A DNA stretch of 64,000 nt from an uncultured Chloroflexia bacterium (GTDB lineage Bacteria > Chloroflexota > Limnocylindria > Limnocylindrales > CSP1-4). Where the stretch lies: positions 1,120,001 to 1,184,000 of the forward strand of contig CAVVCZ010000004.1 of NCBI GenBank assembly GCA_963746845.1, in the 5' to 3' direction. Below the pieces are notes generated by a model. That model had not been told where the DNA came from and ran no database searches. It saw nothing but the letters and a program-made list of their open reading frames with translations. Of the stretch, positions 30,273-39,745 are shown in pieces (the first letter of the stretch is position 1; every line of letters begins with the position of its first letter). A program made the position numbers and the translations under genes.

Positions 30273-30695
30273 ATGGCCGTCGAGCGCTTCCCGATCCGGG
30301 TCGGACGACGATCCCGCGGGTTGCTCCGGGTCCTGTTCGGGGTCCGTCCCGAGAACGCCTGGGTCGAGGTCGGCGACGCGCCGGACGGAGCGGTCACGGT
30401 CGCGTTCGGCCGGTCGACGTTCCGAACGCCCCTCGCGAACATCGTCCACTGGCAGATCGAGGGGCCGTGGTCGTGGATCACCGCGATCGGCATTCGCATG
30501 AGCATCCGCCATCGCGACGTGAGCTTCGACGGCAGCCCGCACGGCGGGGTCCGGATGGACTTCCGGACCCGTGTTCCGTGGTTGCTGTTCAAGGTGCCGG
30601 CGATCTACGTCTCGGCGGACGACCTCGAAGCGCTCGCGAGGGCACTCGCGGCGCGCGGGATCCCGGGCGCCGACGCGCGCTCGGTCAGGGGGTGA
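30273..30695 (+). CDS. Hypothetical protein
   Basis: GC3-biased ORF with TACCCT 6 nt before the ATG. Confidence 0.7.
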   Translation: MAVERFPIRVGRRSRGLLRVLFGVRPENAWVEVGDAPDGAVTVAFGRSTFRTPLANIVHWQIEGPWSWITAIGIRMSIRHRDVSFDGSPHGGVRMDFRTRVPWLLFKVPAIYVSADDLEALARALAARGIPGADARSVRG

Positions 30696-30698
30696 CGG

Positions 30699-31151
30699 TC
30701 ACGGGCTGACGGTCAGGAACCCCGACGCGATCGGCCGGCCGCTCGCCCCCTTGAACTCGATCACCCACGTGCCCGGAGACAGCTTCAAGGGCGTCAGGTC
30801 CAGGGCGAACAGGTCGGCGTTGTCTGGTGGCGTGGACGCGGTCACCGGGCTCGGGCCGAAGGTCGTCGCACCGGAACTCACCGACACCGTCACCTCGGCC
30901 GGGGGACGCGGCGTGAATGCCCGGCCCACCGCGACCATCGGCGTCCCGGTCTTCAGGGTCTTCGACGTGCCGGTCACTCCCAGGGAGGCCGGGTCGTAGG
31001 CAGTCCCGAAGATCACGGTGCTGCCGGCCGGCAGGTCGCCGCCGCCACCGCCGCCGCCCCCGCCTCCCCCGCCGCCGCCGGCGTCGGCGCCGCCGCCACA
31101 CCCGGCGACCATCGCCGTCACCACCAGGAGCGCGCTCAGAAGACGCCGCAT
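30699..31151 (-). CDS. Hypothetical lipoprotein with poly-Gly linker
   Basis: GGGAG SD; MRRLL..VAGC lipobox; run of 14 Gly followed by a beta-rich domain. Confidence 0.75.
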   Translation of the reverse strand: MRRLLSALLVVTAMVAGCGGGADAGGGGGGGGGGGGGGDLPAGSTVIFGTAYDPASLGVTGTSKTLKTGTPMVAVGRAFTPRPPAEVTVSVSSGATTFGPSPVTASTPPDNADLFALDLTPLKLSPGTWVIEFKGASGRPIASGFLTVSP

Positions 31152-31272
31152 CTCAGTCTCCCTGCAAAGGCTGACACGCGCAGTATCCACGGCGGAACAG
31201 GTTGATGGGTCGACATCGCGCACCGCACTCGGACCGTGCCCCGGCCCGCGCGCGGCGACGGGCGCCCCACGC

Positions 31273-32511
31273 TCAAGGCTGGGCGGTCGACGCACCGACG
31301 GCGGGCAGCCGCCCCGCCCGGAAGGCCCCGAACAGCTCGTCGTAGCCCGTGAGGCCGCGCTCGTAGCCGACGGCCCACAGACCGGCGCCCGCAAGACCGC
31401 GCTGGTCGGCGAGGGCCAGCTTCGGCGTCAGGCTCTGGGGCGTGTCGAAGTAGATTGCCGTCCAGGCATCGCCGACGGGCACCGACAGGAACGCGACCGA
31501 CTCGAGCTGGTCATACACCGGCACCAGCGCCTTGTTCCGGAGCGTGTCGAGATGCTGGCGCGGGACCCAGACCACGCCCTTGCCGGTCGACGGCGCCCCG
31601 AGGTCGCCCGAGGCCGCGGGCCATGCGACGCCGTACAGCGGAAGGCCGAGCAGGGTCTTCTCGGGGGGGACGCCGGCCCCGAGGTACAGGTCCAGCGACC
31701 ACGACAGGGTCCGCTCGTCGCCGTCGCGGCGCCCCATCGGGGCCGTCGCTCCCGGCTGGCTGGCACCGATCCGGTAGTCGTAGCCCATCAGGAACACCCG
31801 GTCCGCGCCGTTGTCGCTGGCCGCCTTCGCGAGCGTCGACCCCTGCCGGCCGGCCCCGGTCGCGACCGTCACCGTCGCGTCCGGGTGATCCGCGCGGAGC
31901 GCCGTCCGGAGCCGCCCGATGAACGCGCCGTACGCCGGAATGTCCTCGTCGTCGATCTGTTCGACGTCGACGGCGATGCCGTCGACCTTCAGGTCCGCGG
32001 CGAGCGTCACGAGACCGGCGATGACCCGGTCCTGGATGTCGGTCGAGCCGAAGAGCTTGGCGTTCTTGGTCGTCCCGAAGCTGGTGTAGACGAGATCCAC
32101 CCGGCGGTGTCGCTCGTGGGCGTCCGCGATGATCGCCTTCCCGATCGGACCCGTGATCTTCTTCGCGCCGTTCTGGGTCATGACGATCGTGCCCTTCCCG
32201 GAGTGCGTCACCGAGAACAGCGCGACGGTGCTGACGTCGATGGTCGCGAGGTGGGCGACGATGGTCCCGTCCATCTCCCAGTACGGGATGAAGCCGTACA
32301 CCTCGTGGCCCGGAACGGGAACGGCCGACGGGTTCGCCGACTCCGCCGCGGTCGTCGAGCCGTCCGGGTTCGCCGACGGCCCCGGGCCCGTCCCGAGGAG
32401 CATCGACGACCCGGCGAGGGCGAGGATCCCGGCCCCGGCGATCGCCACCGCGATCCCGGCCAGCCGGACGGTCGGGCCGCCGATCGAACGGGGTGGGGTC
32501 GGGCCGGCCAT
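31273..32511 (-). CDS. Glycoside hydrolase family 18 protein, secreted or membrane-anchored
   Basis: N-terminal TM; GF.PYW, DGIAVDVE, LMGYDY, LLGLPLYG, GLAGAGLWAVG. Start 32511 or 32532. Confidence 0.85.
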   Translation of the reverse strand: MAGPTPPRSIGGPTVRLAGIAVAIAGAGILALAGSSMLLGTGPGPSANPDGSTTAAESANPSAVPVPGHEVYGFIPYWEMDGTIVAHLATIDVSTVALFSVTHSGKGTIVMTQNGAKKITGPIGKAIIADAHERHRRVDLVYTSFGTTKNAKLFGSTDIQDRVIAGLVTLAADLKVDGIAVDVEQIDDEDIPAYGAFIGRLRTALRADHPDATVTVATGAGRQGSTLAKAASDNGADRVFLMGYDYRIGASQPGATAPMGRRDGDERTLSWSLDLYLGAGVPPEKTLLGLPLYGVAWPAASGDLGAPSTGKGVVWVPRQHLDTLRNKALVPVYDQLESVAFLSVPVGDAWTAIYFDTPQSLTPKLALADQRGLAGAGLWAVGYERGLTGYDELFGAFRAGRLPAVGASTAQP

Positions 32512-32704
32512 CGCGCGTCGGCTCCGTCTCATCCGGTCCAGTCTGCCCTGCCGGCGCAAATCGGGCCGCCGGCGTCGGTCTCGCCTTCCCCAGGTCTCCG
32601 CCCCGCGCTCACACCCGCTCCACACTCGCCGACGAGGATCCGGTCATCGAAACGCGCCCGGCCGAGCGGTCGGGAGGCACCACGCACACGGAGCTCGCCC
32701 GCCC

Positions 32705-33160
32705 ATGAACGGTCGCACCATCGCCCAGTTCCTCCTCGTCGTCTTCCTCGTCTTCGGGGCGATCGGACTCGGCGTCACCGCCTACAACGCCGGCGTCACC
32801 CAGGGTCTCGCCCAGACCGGGACGGTGGCCGTCGCGCCGATCGGACCCGTCGCCGTCGCGCCGTACGCCGGCTGGGGCTGGGGGTTCGGCCCCGGCTTCG
32901 GCTTCTTCGGTTTCCTCGGCGGTCTGCTGTTCCTGTTCCTGCTGTTCGGACTGATCCGGGCGGCGTTCGGCCCGCGCAGGGGCTGGGGCGGCCATCGCCA
33001 CGGCTGGGGACCCGGCGGCTACTCCGGCGGCTGGACCGATGAGACGGGCCGGACGTGGGAGGACCGCGCTCGCGAGGTCCACGACGGCTGGCACCGGGCC
33101 CATCCCGACGCACCCACCGGCACCGGACCGTCCGGACCGGACCGCCCGACGGCCGGCTGA
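32705..33160 (+). CDS. Gly/Trp-rich membrane protein associated with the two-component system
   Basis: AYNAG..QG, GFGFFG, WHRAH; two TM segments. Confidence 0.75.
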   Translation: MNGRTIAQFLLVVFLVFGAIGLGVTAYNAGVTQGLAQTGTVAVAPIGPVAVAPYAGWGWGFGPGFGFFGFLGGLLFLFLLFGLIRAAFGPRRGWGGHRHGWGPGGYSGGWTDETGRTWEDRAREVHDGWHRAHPDAPTGTGPSGPDRPTAG

Positions 33161-33191
33161 CCCCGGCAGATCGGCTCCTCCCCTCTCCCAC

Positions 33192-33221
33192 GGCGCCGGG
33201 TCCCGGCCGGGACCCGGCGCC
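33192..33221. terminator. Perfect 30-bp palindrome between the membrane protein and the response regulator
   Basis: ggcgccgggtcccgg/ccgggacccggcgcc; lies 10 nt upstream of a TAGGAT -10 (33232-33237). Confidence 0.45.
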
Positions 33222-33243
33222 TCCGCGTCCCTAGGATGGCGTC

Positions 33244-33936
33244 ATGAAAACGATCCTCGTCGTCGACGACGAGCCACGGATCGCGGAGCTCGCCCGCGAC
33301 TACCTCGAGCACGCCGGCTTCGGCGTCCGGATCGCGGCCACCGGCGAGGCCGCGCTGCAGGCGGTCCGTCGCGACCGGCCGGACCTCGTCGTCCTCGATC
33401 TGGGCCTGCCCGGGATCGACGGGCTGGACGTGACCCGCTCGATCCGGCGGGACTCGAGCCTGCCGGTGATCATGCTGACCGCTCGCGACGACGAGCTGGA
33501 CAAGCTGCTCGGCCTCGAGCTCGGCGCAGACGACTACCTGACGAAGCCGTTCAGCCCGCGTGAGCTGGTGGCCCGGGTCCGAGCCGTCCTGCGCCGCACC
33601 GACGCCTCGGCCGAGCGGTCGGCCGACGAGGTGATCCGCGCCGGCGACGTCACCCTGGACGTCGCGCGAATGCGGACCGAGGTGGACGGGCGGGCGGTGG
33701 ACTTGACGCCAACCGAGTTCACGCTGCTCGCGGCACTGGCCCGTCAGCCGGGCCGGATCTTCACCCGCTCGCAGCTCCTCGACGCGGTCCACGGCGTGGC
33801 CTTCGAATCGTACGAGCGGGCGATCGACACTCACATCAAGAACATCCGCCGGAAGCTCGAGCCGGATCCGCGCCGGCCGGTCCACATCCTGACTGTCTAT
33901 GGCGTCGGTTACCGGCTCGCGGACGAGCGGACGTGA
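33244..33936 (+). CDS. OmpR-family response regulator
   Basis: ILVVDDE, LDLGLP, MLTA, GADDYLTKPF, winged helix ...TVYGVGY. Confidence 0.96.
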   Translation: MKTILVVDDEPRIAELARDYLEHAGFGVRIAATGEAALQAVRRDRPDLVVLDLGLPGIDGLDVTRSIRRDSSLPVIMLTARDDELDKLLGLELGADDYLTKPFSPRELVARVRAVLRRTDASAERSADEVIRAGDVTLDVARMRTEVDGRAVDLTPTEFTLLAALARQPGRIFTRSQLLDAVHGVAFESYERAIDTHIKNIRRKLEPDPRRPVHILTVYGVGYRLADERT

Positions 33937-35183
33937 CCGCACCGCCGCCAGAGCCCGCCCACCCGCCGGACCCCCACGATCGCGCGGCACGCCAGCGCCA
34001 GATGTGGGAGGCCCGCGAGGTCCAGCGCTATCGACGCCAGATGCGCCGCCGTGGGCCATGGGGTCCCGGCTGGCACGAGCCACGGCCCGGGTGGTGGCCC
34101 GCCGAGGAGCCGTGGCCGCCGGTCTCGCAAGGCCGCCCGTGGCGGGGGTTCGGCTGCCTCTTCGGGCTCCTGTTCGTCGTCGGCATCCTCGGCATCCTGG
34201 CGCTCGCGACACGGTTCGTCGGCGACATCCTCGACGCTCCCGGCGTCCCGGGGACCGTCATCCGTCTCGCGGCCCTCCTCATGCTCGTCGCGATCGTCGC
34301 CGGCCTCATCCGCGGCGGCCGGGCGATCCGGGGCACCGGCTCCGTCTTGGACGAGCTCGTCGCCCAGGTCGCCCGGGTCGAGGCCGGTGACTACACGGCC
34401 CGGGTCGAGCCGGCCGGCCCGGTGCCGGACCCGGTCCGGAACCTGACCCGCGGCTTCAACACGATGGCTGCGCGGCTCGAGGCGGACGAGGCCCAGCGGC
34501 GAAGCCTGCTCGCCGACGTCACCCACGAGCTCCGGACCCCGCTGGCGGTCGTCCAGGGCAACGTCGAGGCGATCCTCGACGGGGTCCACCCCGCCGACGA
34601 GGCCCATCTCGGGGCGATCCTCGAGGAGACGCGCGTCCTCGGGCGGCTCGTCGACGACCTCCGGACCCTCGCCCTGAGCGAGGCCGGCTCGCTGTCGCTC
34701 CACCGGGAGCCGACGGATCTCGACGTCCTGTGCGCCGACGTCGCGACCTCGTTCGCCGCCGCCGCCGAGACCGCGGGGGTCGCGATCGAGACCTCGGTCG
34801 GGGACGACGTTCCGCTCGTCGACGTGGATCCGGTGCGGATCCGCGAGGTCATCGCCAATCTCGTCGGAAATGCGCTCCGACATACCCCGGTCGGCGGACG
34901 GATCACGATCGCCGCGCGCCGCACGAACGGGGAACCGGCGGCCGCGCCGGGCCTGCCGCCCGGCGTCGAGATCGTCGTCCGCGACACCGGACCCGGCATC
35001 GACCCCGGGCTGCTGCCGCACGTCTTCGAGCGCTTCGCGCGCGGTGCGGACTCGACGGGCACCGGTCTCGGGCTCTCGATCGCGCGCGGGCTCGTGGAGC
35101 TGCACGGGGGGACGATCGCGGCCGCCTCACCGCCCGGCGGGGGGACCGAGATCCGGATCACGCTCCCCCTCGACCGTCCCTGA
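33933..35183 (+). CDS. HAMP-domain sensor histidine kinase (BaeS-like)
   Basis: Two TM segments, HAMP, H-box THELRTPL, N-box NALRH, D.GPGI, GLGL. Confidence 0.95.
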   Translation: MTAPPPEPAHPPDPHDRAARQRQMWEAREVQRYRRQMRRRGPWGPGWHEPRPGWWPAEEPWPPVSQGRPWRGFGCLFGLLFVVGILGILALATRFVGDILDAPGVPGTVIRLAALLMLVAIVAGLIRGGRAIRGTGSVLDELVAQVARVEAGDYTARVEPAGPVPDPVRNLTRGFNTMAARLEADEAQRRSLLADVTHELRTPLAVVQGNVEAILDGVHPADEAHLGAILEETRVLGRLVDDLRTLALSEAGSLSLHREPTDLDVLCADVATSFAAAAETAGVAIETSVGDDVPLVDVDPVRIREVIANLVGNALRHTPVGGRITIAARRTNGEPAAAPGLPPGVEIVVRDTGPGIDPGLLPHVFERFARGADSTGTGLGLSIARGLVELHGGTIAAASPPGGGTEIRITLPLDRP

Positions 35184-35276
35184 GGCCGCCCGCGGCGGCT
35201 GGCCCGTTCGTACTGGACCCGATCGCACCCGACGGCAGGGTTGCGCGATCGCACCACCCCCGGTCACCCTTGACCG

Positions 35277-36917
35277 ATGTTCCGACGACTGCGCGCCCCC
35301 AGTCGATCGATGCCGCTCGCCGTGCTCGCCGCGGCCGCGTTCATCGCCATCTCCGCGCTCCCGGCCGCGGCGGCCAACTTCCCGGCCAAGGACTCGCTCT
35401 ACCACTCCTACACGGAGATGGTGGCCGACATCCAGGCCGTGGAGACGGCCCATCCCGACATCGTCCACGTCTTCAGCATCGGGAAGAGCTACCAGGGCCG
35501 CGACATCTGGGCGGCCAAGATCAGCGACAACGTCGCCGACGACGAGGCGGAGCCGGAGGTCCTGTTCGACGCCCTCCACCATGCCCGCGAGCACCTCACC
35601 GTCGAGCAGGCGCTCTACCTGTTCCACCTCCTGGCCGACAACTACGGCACGGACACCCAGATCACCAACCTGGTCAACAGCCGGGAGATCTGGATCATCT
35701 TCGCCGTCAACCCGGACGGGTTCGAGTACGACCTGACCTGCACCGGCAGCAGCCACCCGCCGTACTGCGCCTGGCGCAAGAACCGCCAGCCGAACGCCGG
35801 CTCCAGCGCGATCGGGACGGACCTGAACCGGAACTACGACTACCTCTGGGCCTGCTGCGGAGGCTCTTCCGGGACGAAGTCGTCGATCACCTACCGTGGC
35901 CCGAAGGCGTTCTCCGCGCCGGAGACGCGCGCCCTCAGCACCTTCGTCCGGAGCCGGGTCATCGGCGGGATCCAGCAGATCAAGGCCCACATCACGTTCC
36001 ACACCAACGGCCAGCTGATCCTGTGGCCGTACGGCCACACGAAGACCGACGTCCCGTCCGACATGACCCTGTTCGACCACCAGGTGTTCGTGGCGATCGG
36101 CAAGGCGATGGCGGCCCGGAACGGCTACAAGGCCGAGCAGTCGAGCGACTTGTACATCACCGATGGCGACCAGATCGACTGGATGTACGGCCGCCAGCGG
36201 ATCTTCTCGTACACGATCGAGCTCTATCCGCCCGAGACCCCGACGGTGTGGGGCGATCACTACCCGCCGGACGAGCGGATCGCGACCGCCACCGCCCACA
36301 ACAAGACCGCGCTCCTCTACTTCCTGACCGTGGCCGGCTGCCCGTACTCGGCCATCGGCCGGACACGGCCCGACTGCGGGTCCTTCTTCGACGACTTCGA
36401 GATCGGCCGGGGCTGGGTCGTCAACCCGGACGGCACGGACACTGCCCGGAGCACGTCGCGCTTCGCCCGCGGCAACCCCGCCCCGACGGCCGCGGGCTCG
36501 CGGAAGATCCAGCTTGACGGGACCGCGTCCGGCCGCTACGCGATGATCACCGGCACGACAGCCGGGTCGTCGGCGAACACCAACGATCTGGACGGCACCT
36601 CGACGATCCGCGGCCCCCAGATCCAGCTGCCGGCCACCGTCGGGCCCGCCTCGTTCCGCTATGTCTTCGCCCACGGTCCGAGCAGCTCGGCCGACTCCCT
36701 GAAGGCGTACATCGAGGACGAGAGCGGGGCCCGGACGCTCGTGTGGTCGAAGCTCGGGACCTCGAGCACGGTGGGCGGGGCCTGGACCCGCGCATCGTTC
36801 TCGCTGTCGCCGTGGGCGGACCAGAAGGTCCGGCTCGTCTTCCGGGCGACGGACGGCGGTCACGACAGCCTCGTCGAGGTCGGCATCGACGACGTGAGGT
36901 TCGAGCGGCCGTACTGA
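35277..36917 (+). CDS. Secreted M14 zinc carboxypeptidase (carboxypeptidase T-like) with C-terminal beta domain
   Basis: Signal peptide; HHARE, NPDG, WRKNR, DLNRN, TFH, IEL. Start may be 35310. Confidence 0.92.
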   Translation: MFRRLRAPSRSMPLAVLAAAAFIAISALPAAAANFPAKDSLYHSYTEMVADIQAVETAHPDIVHVFSIGKSYQGRDIWAAKISDNVADDEAEPEVLFDALHHAREHLTVEQALYLFHLLADNYGTDTQITNLVNSREIWIIFAVNPDGFEYDLTCTGSSHPPYCAWRKNRQPNAGSSAIGTDLNRNYDYLWACCGGSSGTKSSITYRGPKAFSAPETRALSTFVRSRVIGGIQQIKAHITFHTNGQLILWPYGHTKTDVPSDMTLFDHQVFVAIGKAMAARNGYKAEQSSDLYITDGDQIDWMYGRQRIFSYTIELYPPETPTVWGDHYPPDERIATATAHNKTALLYFLTVAGCPYSAIGRTRPDCGSFFDDFEIGRGWVVNPDGTDTARSTSRFARGNPAPTAAGSRKIQLDGTASGRYAMITGTTAGSSANTNDLDGTSTIRGPQIQLPATVGPASFRYVFAHGPSSSADSLKAYIEDESGARTLVWSKLGTSSTVGGAWTRASFSLSPWADQKVRLVFRATDGGHDSLVEVGIDDVRFERPY

Positions 36918-37001
36918 CCGGGGAACCGCATCGCATGACCCGACGTCAAGGGCCGCAACCACGCCGGCCCGGATGGGCGGGCAGCCCCGGAGGGCGATGC
37001 G

Positions 37002-38090
37002 ATGCGGAACCTTCGAATTGGTCATGGCCGGCCCGGACGCGGTGGACGCGTCGCCGTCGGCGTGTCGACCGCCGCGCTGGCGGTCTTCCTGGCGGCGACG
37101 CCGGCTCTCGCCTGCGGCGGGCTGATCGGGCCGAACGGCGCGGTCAACCTGCTCCGGACGACGACCTTCGCCGGCTACCACGACGGCGTCGAGCACTACG
37201 TCACCGCGTTCCAGTTCGCGGGCGGCGGCGGCGCCTTCGGCTCGATCACGCCGCTCCCCGGGGTCCCGACGAGCGTTGAGAAGGGCGGCGACTGGACCCT
37301 CCAGCGACTCATCCGCGAGACCAACCCGATCCTCGCCGAGGATGCGCTCCGCCTCGCGGCTCCGGCGGCCAGCGGCGGCGCCGTCGAGCTGATGACGGTG
37401 AAGATCGACGCGCTCGACATCACCGTCCTCAAGGGCGGCGCGGCGGACATCGGCCAATGGGCGACGGCCCACGGCTTCCGGCTCCCGCCGGACGCCCCCG
37501 AGGTGCTCGACTTCTACGCCCAGCGCAGCCCGATCTTCCTCGCGGCGGCGTTCGATGCGGACGCGGCGCAGGCGCGCGGCCAGCAGGTCGGCGACGGGAC
37601 GCCCGTCCACATCACGATCCCGACGAAGAACCCCTGGGTCCCGCTCCGGATCCTCGCCCTCGGCAAGACCGGCCAGGAGGCCGTCCAGGCGGACGTCTAC
37701 CTCCTGACCGACCACGCCCCGGCGCTCCTGCCCGTGCCGAACGGCTCGAACGGCATCCGGCTGGATGCGAGCGAGACGGCGTCGGACAGCCTCCTGTCCG
37801 ACCTCCGGTCCGACCGCGGGATGGACTGGGTCCCGGCCTCGGGCTGGCTGACGAAGGTCGCGGTCGACGGGACCGCCGGGCAGATCGGCTATGACCTGGC
37901 CGTCGACGCCTCCGGGCGGAACCGGCCGTCGGCGGTCGACGCCGGGCTCGCGATGCCGTCGTCGGCGCCGCTGGCCCAGGCGACCGACCTGAGCCGGCTG
38001 CTCCTCGCCCTCGCCTTCGTCGCGATGGGCCTGGTCGGCGTCGCGTTTATCGGATCGTCGCGGGTCGGGCAGCGTCCTGCCGGCTCGTGA
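37002..38090 (+). CDS. DUF2330-like exported protein
   Basis: Signal peptide ending ALA-CGG; FG.I.PLP..P, W...HGF, PLRILALG; C-terminal TM. Confidence 0.7.
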   Translation: MRNLRIGHGRPGRGGRVAVGVSTAALAVFLAATPALACGGLIGPNGAVNLLRTTTFAGYHDGVEHYVTAFQFAGGGGAFGSITPLPGVPTSVEKGGDWTLQRLIRETNPILAEDALRLAAPAASGGAVELMTVKIDALDITVLKGGAADIGQWATAHGFRLPPDAPEVLDFYAQRSPIFLAAAFDADAAQARGQQVGDGTPVHITIPTKNPWVPLRILALGKTGQEAVQADVYLLTDHAPALLPVPNGSNGIRLDASETASDSLLSDLRSDRGMDWVPASGWLTKVAVDGTAGQIGYDLAVDASGRNRPSAVDAGLAMPSSAPLAQATDLSRLLLALAFVAMGLVGVAFIGSSRVGQRPAGS

Positions 38091-38575
38091 AGCGGCGGCG
38101 GCAGGTGGCGCATCGGCCCACCCGCCGCCCCAACGGGAGACGGATGATGGGCTCACGACGCGCGATCCTCGGGCTCGGGTTCGGGCTTCTGCTCGCCGGT
38201 GCGACCGCGATCGGGGCGAACGCGGTGGCACACGCCGATGATCCCCTCGTGATCCCGATCACGATCCACTTCTCGCACTACGACCCCGCCGCGGTGACCG
38301 TCCCGGTCGGGCGCGCCGTCACCTTCGTCATCACCAACACCGACCCGATCGACCATGAGTGGATCGTCGGCGACACCGCCCTGCACGAGCGGCATCGGAC
38401 GGGCACGGAGCCCGTCCACAACGCCCGTCCGACCGAGATCACGATCCCGGCCCGGTCGGAGCGCCGGACGACCGTGACCTTCGCGAGCCCGGGCGCGCTC
38501 CAGTACATCTGCCACCTCCCGGGCCACGAGGCGTACGGGATGGTCGGGACGGTCACGATCACGCCCGGCGGCTGA
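38087..38575 (+). CDS. Cupredoxin (plastocyanin/azurin family) protein
   Basis: Signal peptide; N.D.I.HEW, CHLPGHEAYGM type-1 Cu ligands. Start may be about 38144. Confidence 0.88.
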   Translation: MKRRRQVAHRPTRRPNGRRMMGSRRAILGLGFGLLLAGATAIGANAVAHADDPLVIPITIHFSHYDPAAVTVPVGRAVTFVITNTDPIDHEWIVGDTALHERHRTGTEPVHNARPTEITIPARSERRTTVTFASPGALQYICHLPGHEAYGMVGTVTITPGG

Positions 38576-38614
38576 GGGGACACCCGGCCCCTCGGGGCGT
38601 GCGATCCTGCGCCG

Positions 38615-39745
38615 GTGACTGCCGAGACCACGATCCGCGCCGCCGTCCTCGACGGGCCGGGCGTCCCCACCCGGATCGAGACGCTGACCCTCGCTCCGCC
38701 CGGGCCCCGCGAGGTCCGCGTGCGGATGGCCGCGGCGGGCGTCTGCCACTCCGACCTCCACGTCCGCGACGGCGAGTGGCAGCGCGAGGGCCCGATCGTC
38801 ATCGGCCACGAGGGCGCGGCGATCGTCGAGGCGCTCGGCGACGGCGTCGCGGACGCCTTCCCCGGGCTCCGTCCGGGCGTCCTCGTCGCGCTGTCGTGGC
38901 TGATCCCGTGCGGCCGCTGCCGCTCGTGCCGGGCCGGGCGGGTCTGGTCGTGCTCGGAGAGCCCGTCGTACACCCACCGGATGCCGAGCGGCAGACCGGC
39001 CCTTCGCGACGGTGCCGGACACGACGTGCTCACGTACTGCGCCATCGGCACGTTCGCCGAGCGCCAGAACGTGCCCGCGGCGGCCGCGATCCCGATGCCG
39101 GACGGCGTGCCGCCCGACGTGGCCGCGCTGATCGGGTGCTGCGTGACGACCGGTGTCGGTGCGGCCGTGAAGACCGCCGAGGTCCAGCCCGGCTCGAGCG
39201 TCGGGGTGATCGGGCTCGGCGGGGTCGGGCTGTCGTGCGTGATGGGCGCAGCGCTCGCCGGAGCGAGCCGGATCGTCGCGGTCGACCGCGTGGCGGCGAA
39301 GCTCGACCTGGCCCGCACCGTGGGGGCGACGGACGTCGTCCTGGCCGGCACCGATGGGGCGGGCACGATCGAGGCCATCCGGGAGCTGACCGACGGCGGT
39401 CCGGACACGTGCTTCGAGGCGATCGGGCTGCCCACGACGATCGAGATCGCGATCGCCTGCCTGCCGACGGGCGGGACCGCCTGTCTCGTCGGGATGACCC
39501 CGTTCGGCGTCCGGGCGTCGTTCGAGCCGTTCCCGTTCGTCGACGGCGGACGCCGGATCCTCGGCTCGAACTACGGCTCCGCGGACCCGGCCGCGGACTT
39601 CCCCCGCTACGCCGCGTGGCACCTGGCCGGACGACTGCCCGCCGACCGGCTCGTGACCGCCCGGATCGGACTTGATGACGTGGAGGTCGCGTTCGCGGCG
39701 ATGCGCCGCGGTGAGGGCGTTCGGTCCATCATCGGGTTCGACTGA
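38615..39745 (+). CDS. Zinc-binding alcohol dehydrogenase
   Basis: GVCHSD, GHEG, CGRCRSC..C, GCCVTTG, GLGGVG. Confidence 0.93.
   Translation: MTAETTIRAAVLDGPGVPTRIETLTLAPPGPREVRVRMAAAGVCHSDLHVRDGEWQREGPIVIGHEGAAIVEALGDGVADAFPGLRPGVLVALSWLIPCGRCRSCRAGRVWSCSESPSYTHRMPSGRPALRDGAGHDVLTYCAIGTFAERQNVPAAAAIPMPDGVPPDVAALIGCCVTTGVGAAVKTAEVQPGSSVGVIGLGGVGLSCVMGAALAGASRIVAVDRVAAKLDLARTVGATDVVLAGTDGAGTIEAIRELTDGGPDTCFEAIGLPTTIEIAIACLPTGGTACLVGMTPFGVRASFEPFPFVDGGRRILGSNYGSADPAADFPRYAAWHLAGRLPADRLVTARIGLDDVEVAFAAMRRGEGVRSIIGFD

Noticed and set aside
31035-31100. GCC/CCG triplet run as a repeat or contingency locus
   Set aside because: It encodes an in-frame poly-Gly linker with mixed codons; the same applies to the Gly-rich loops in the glycosyltransferase.
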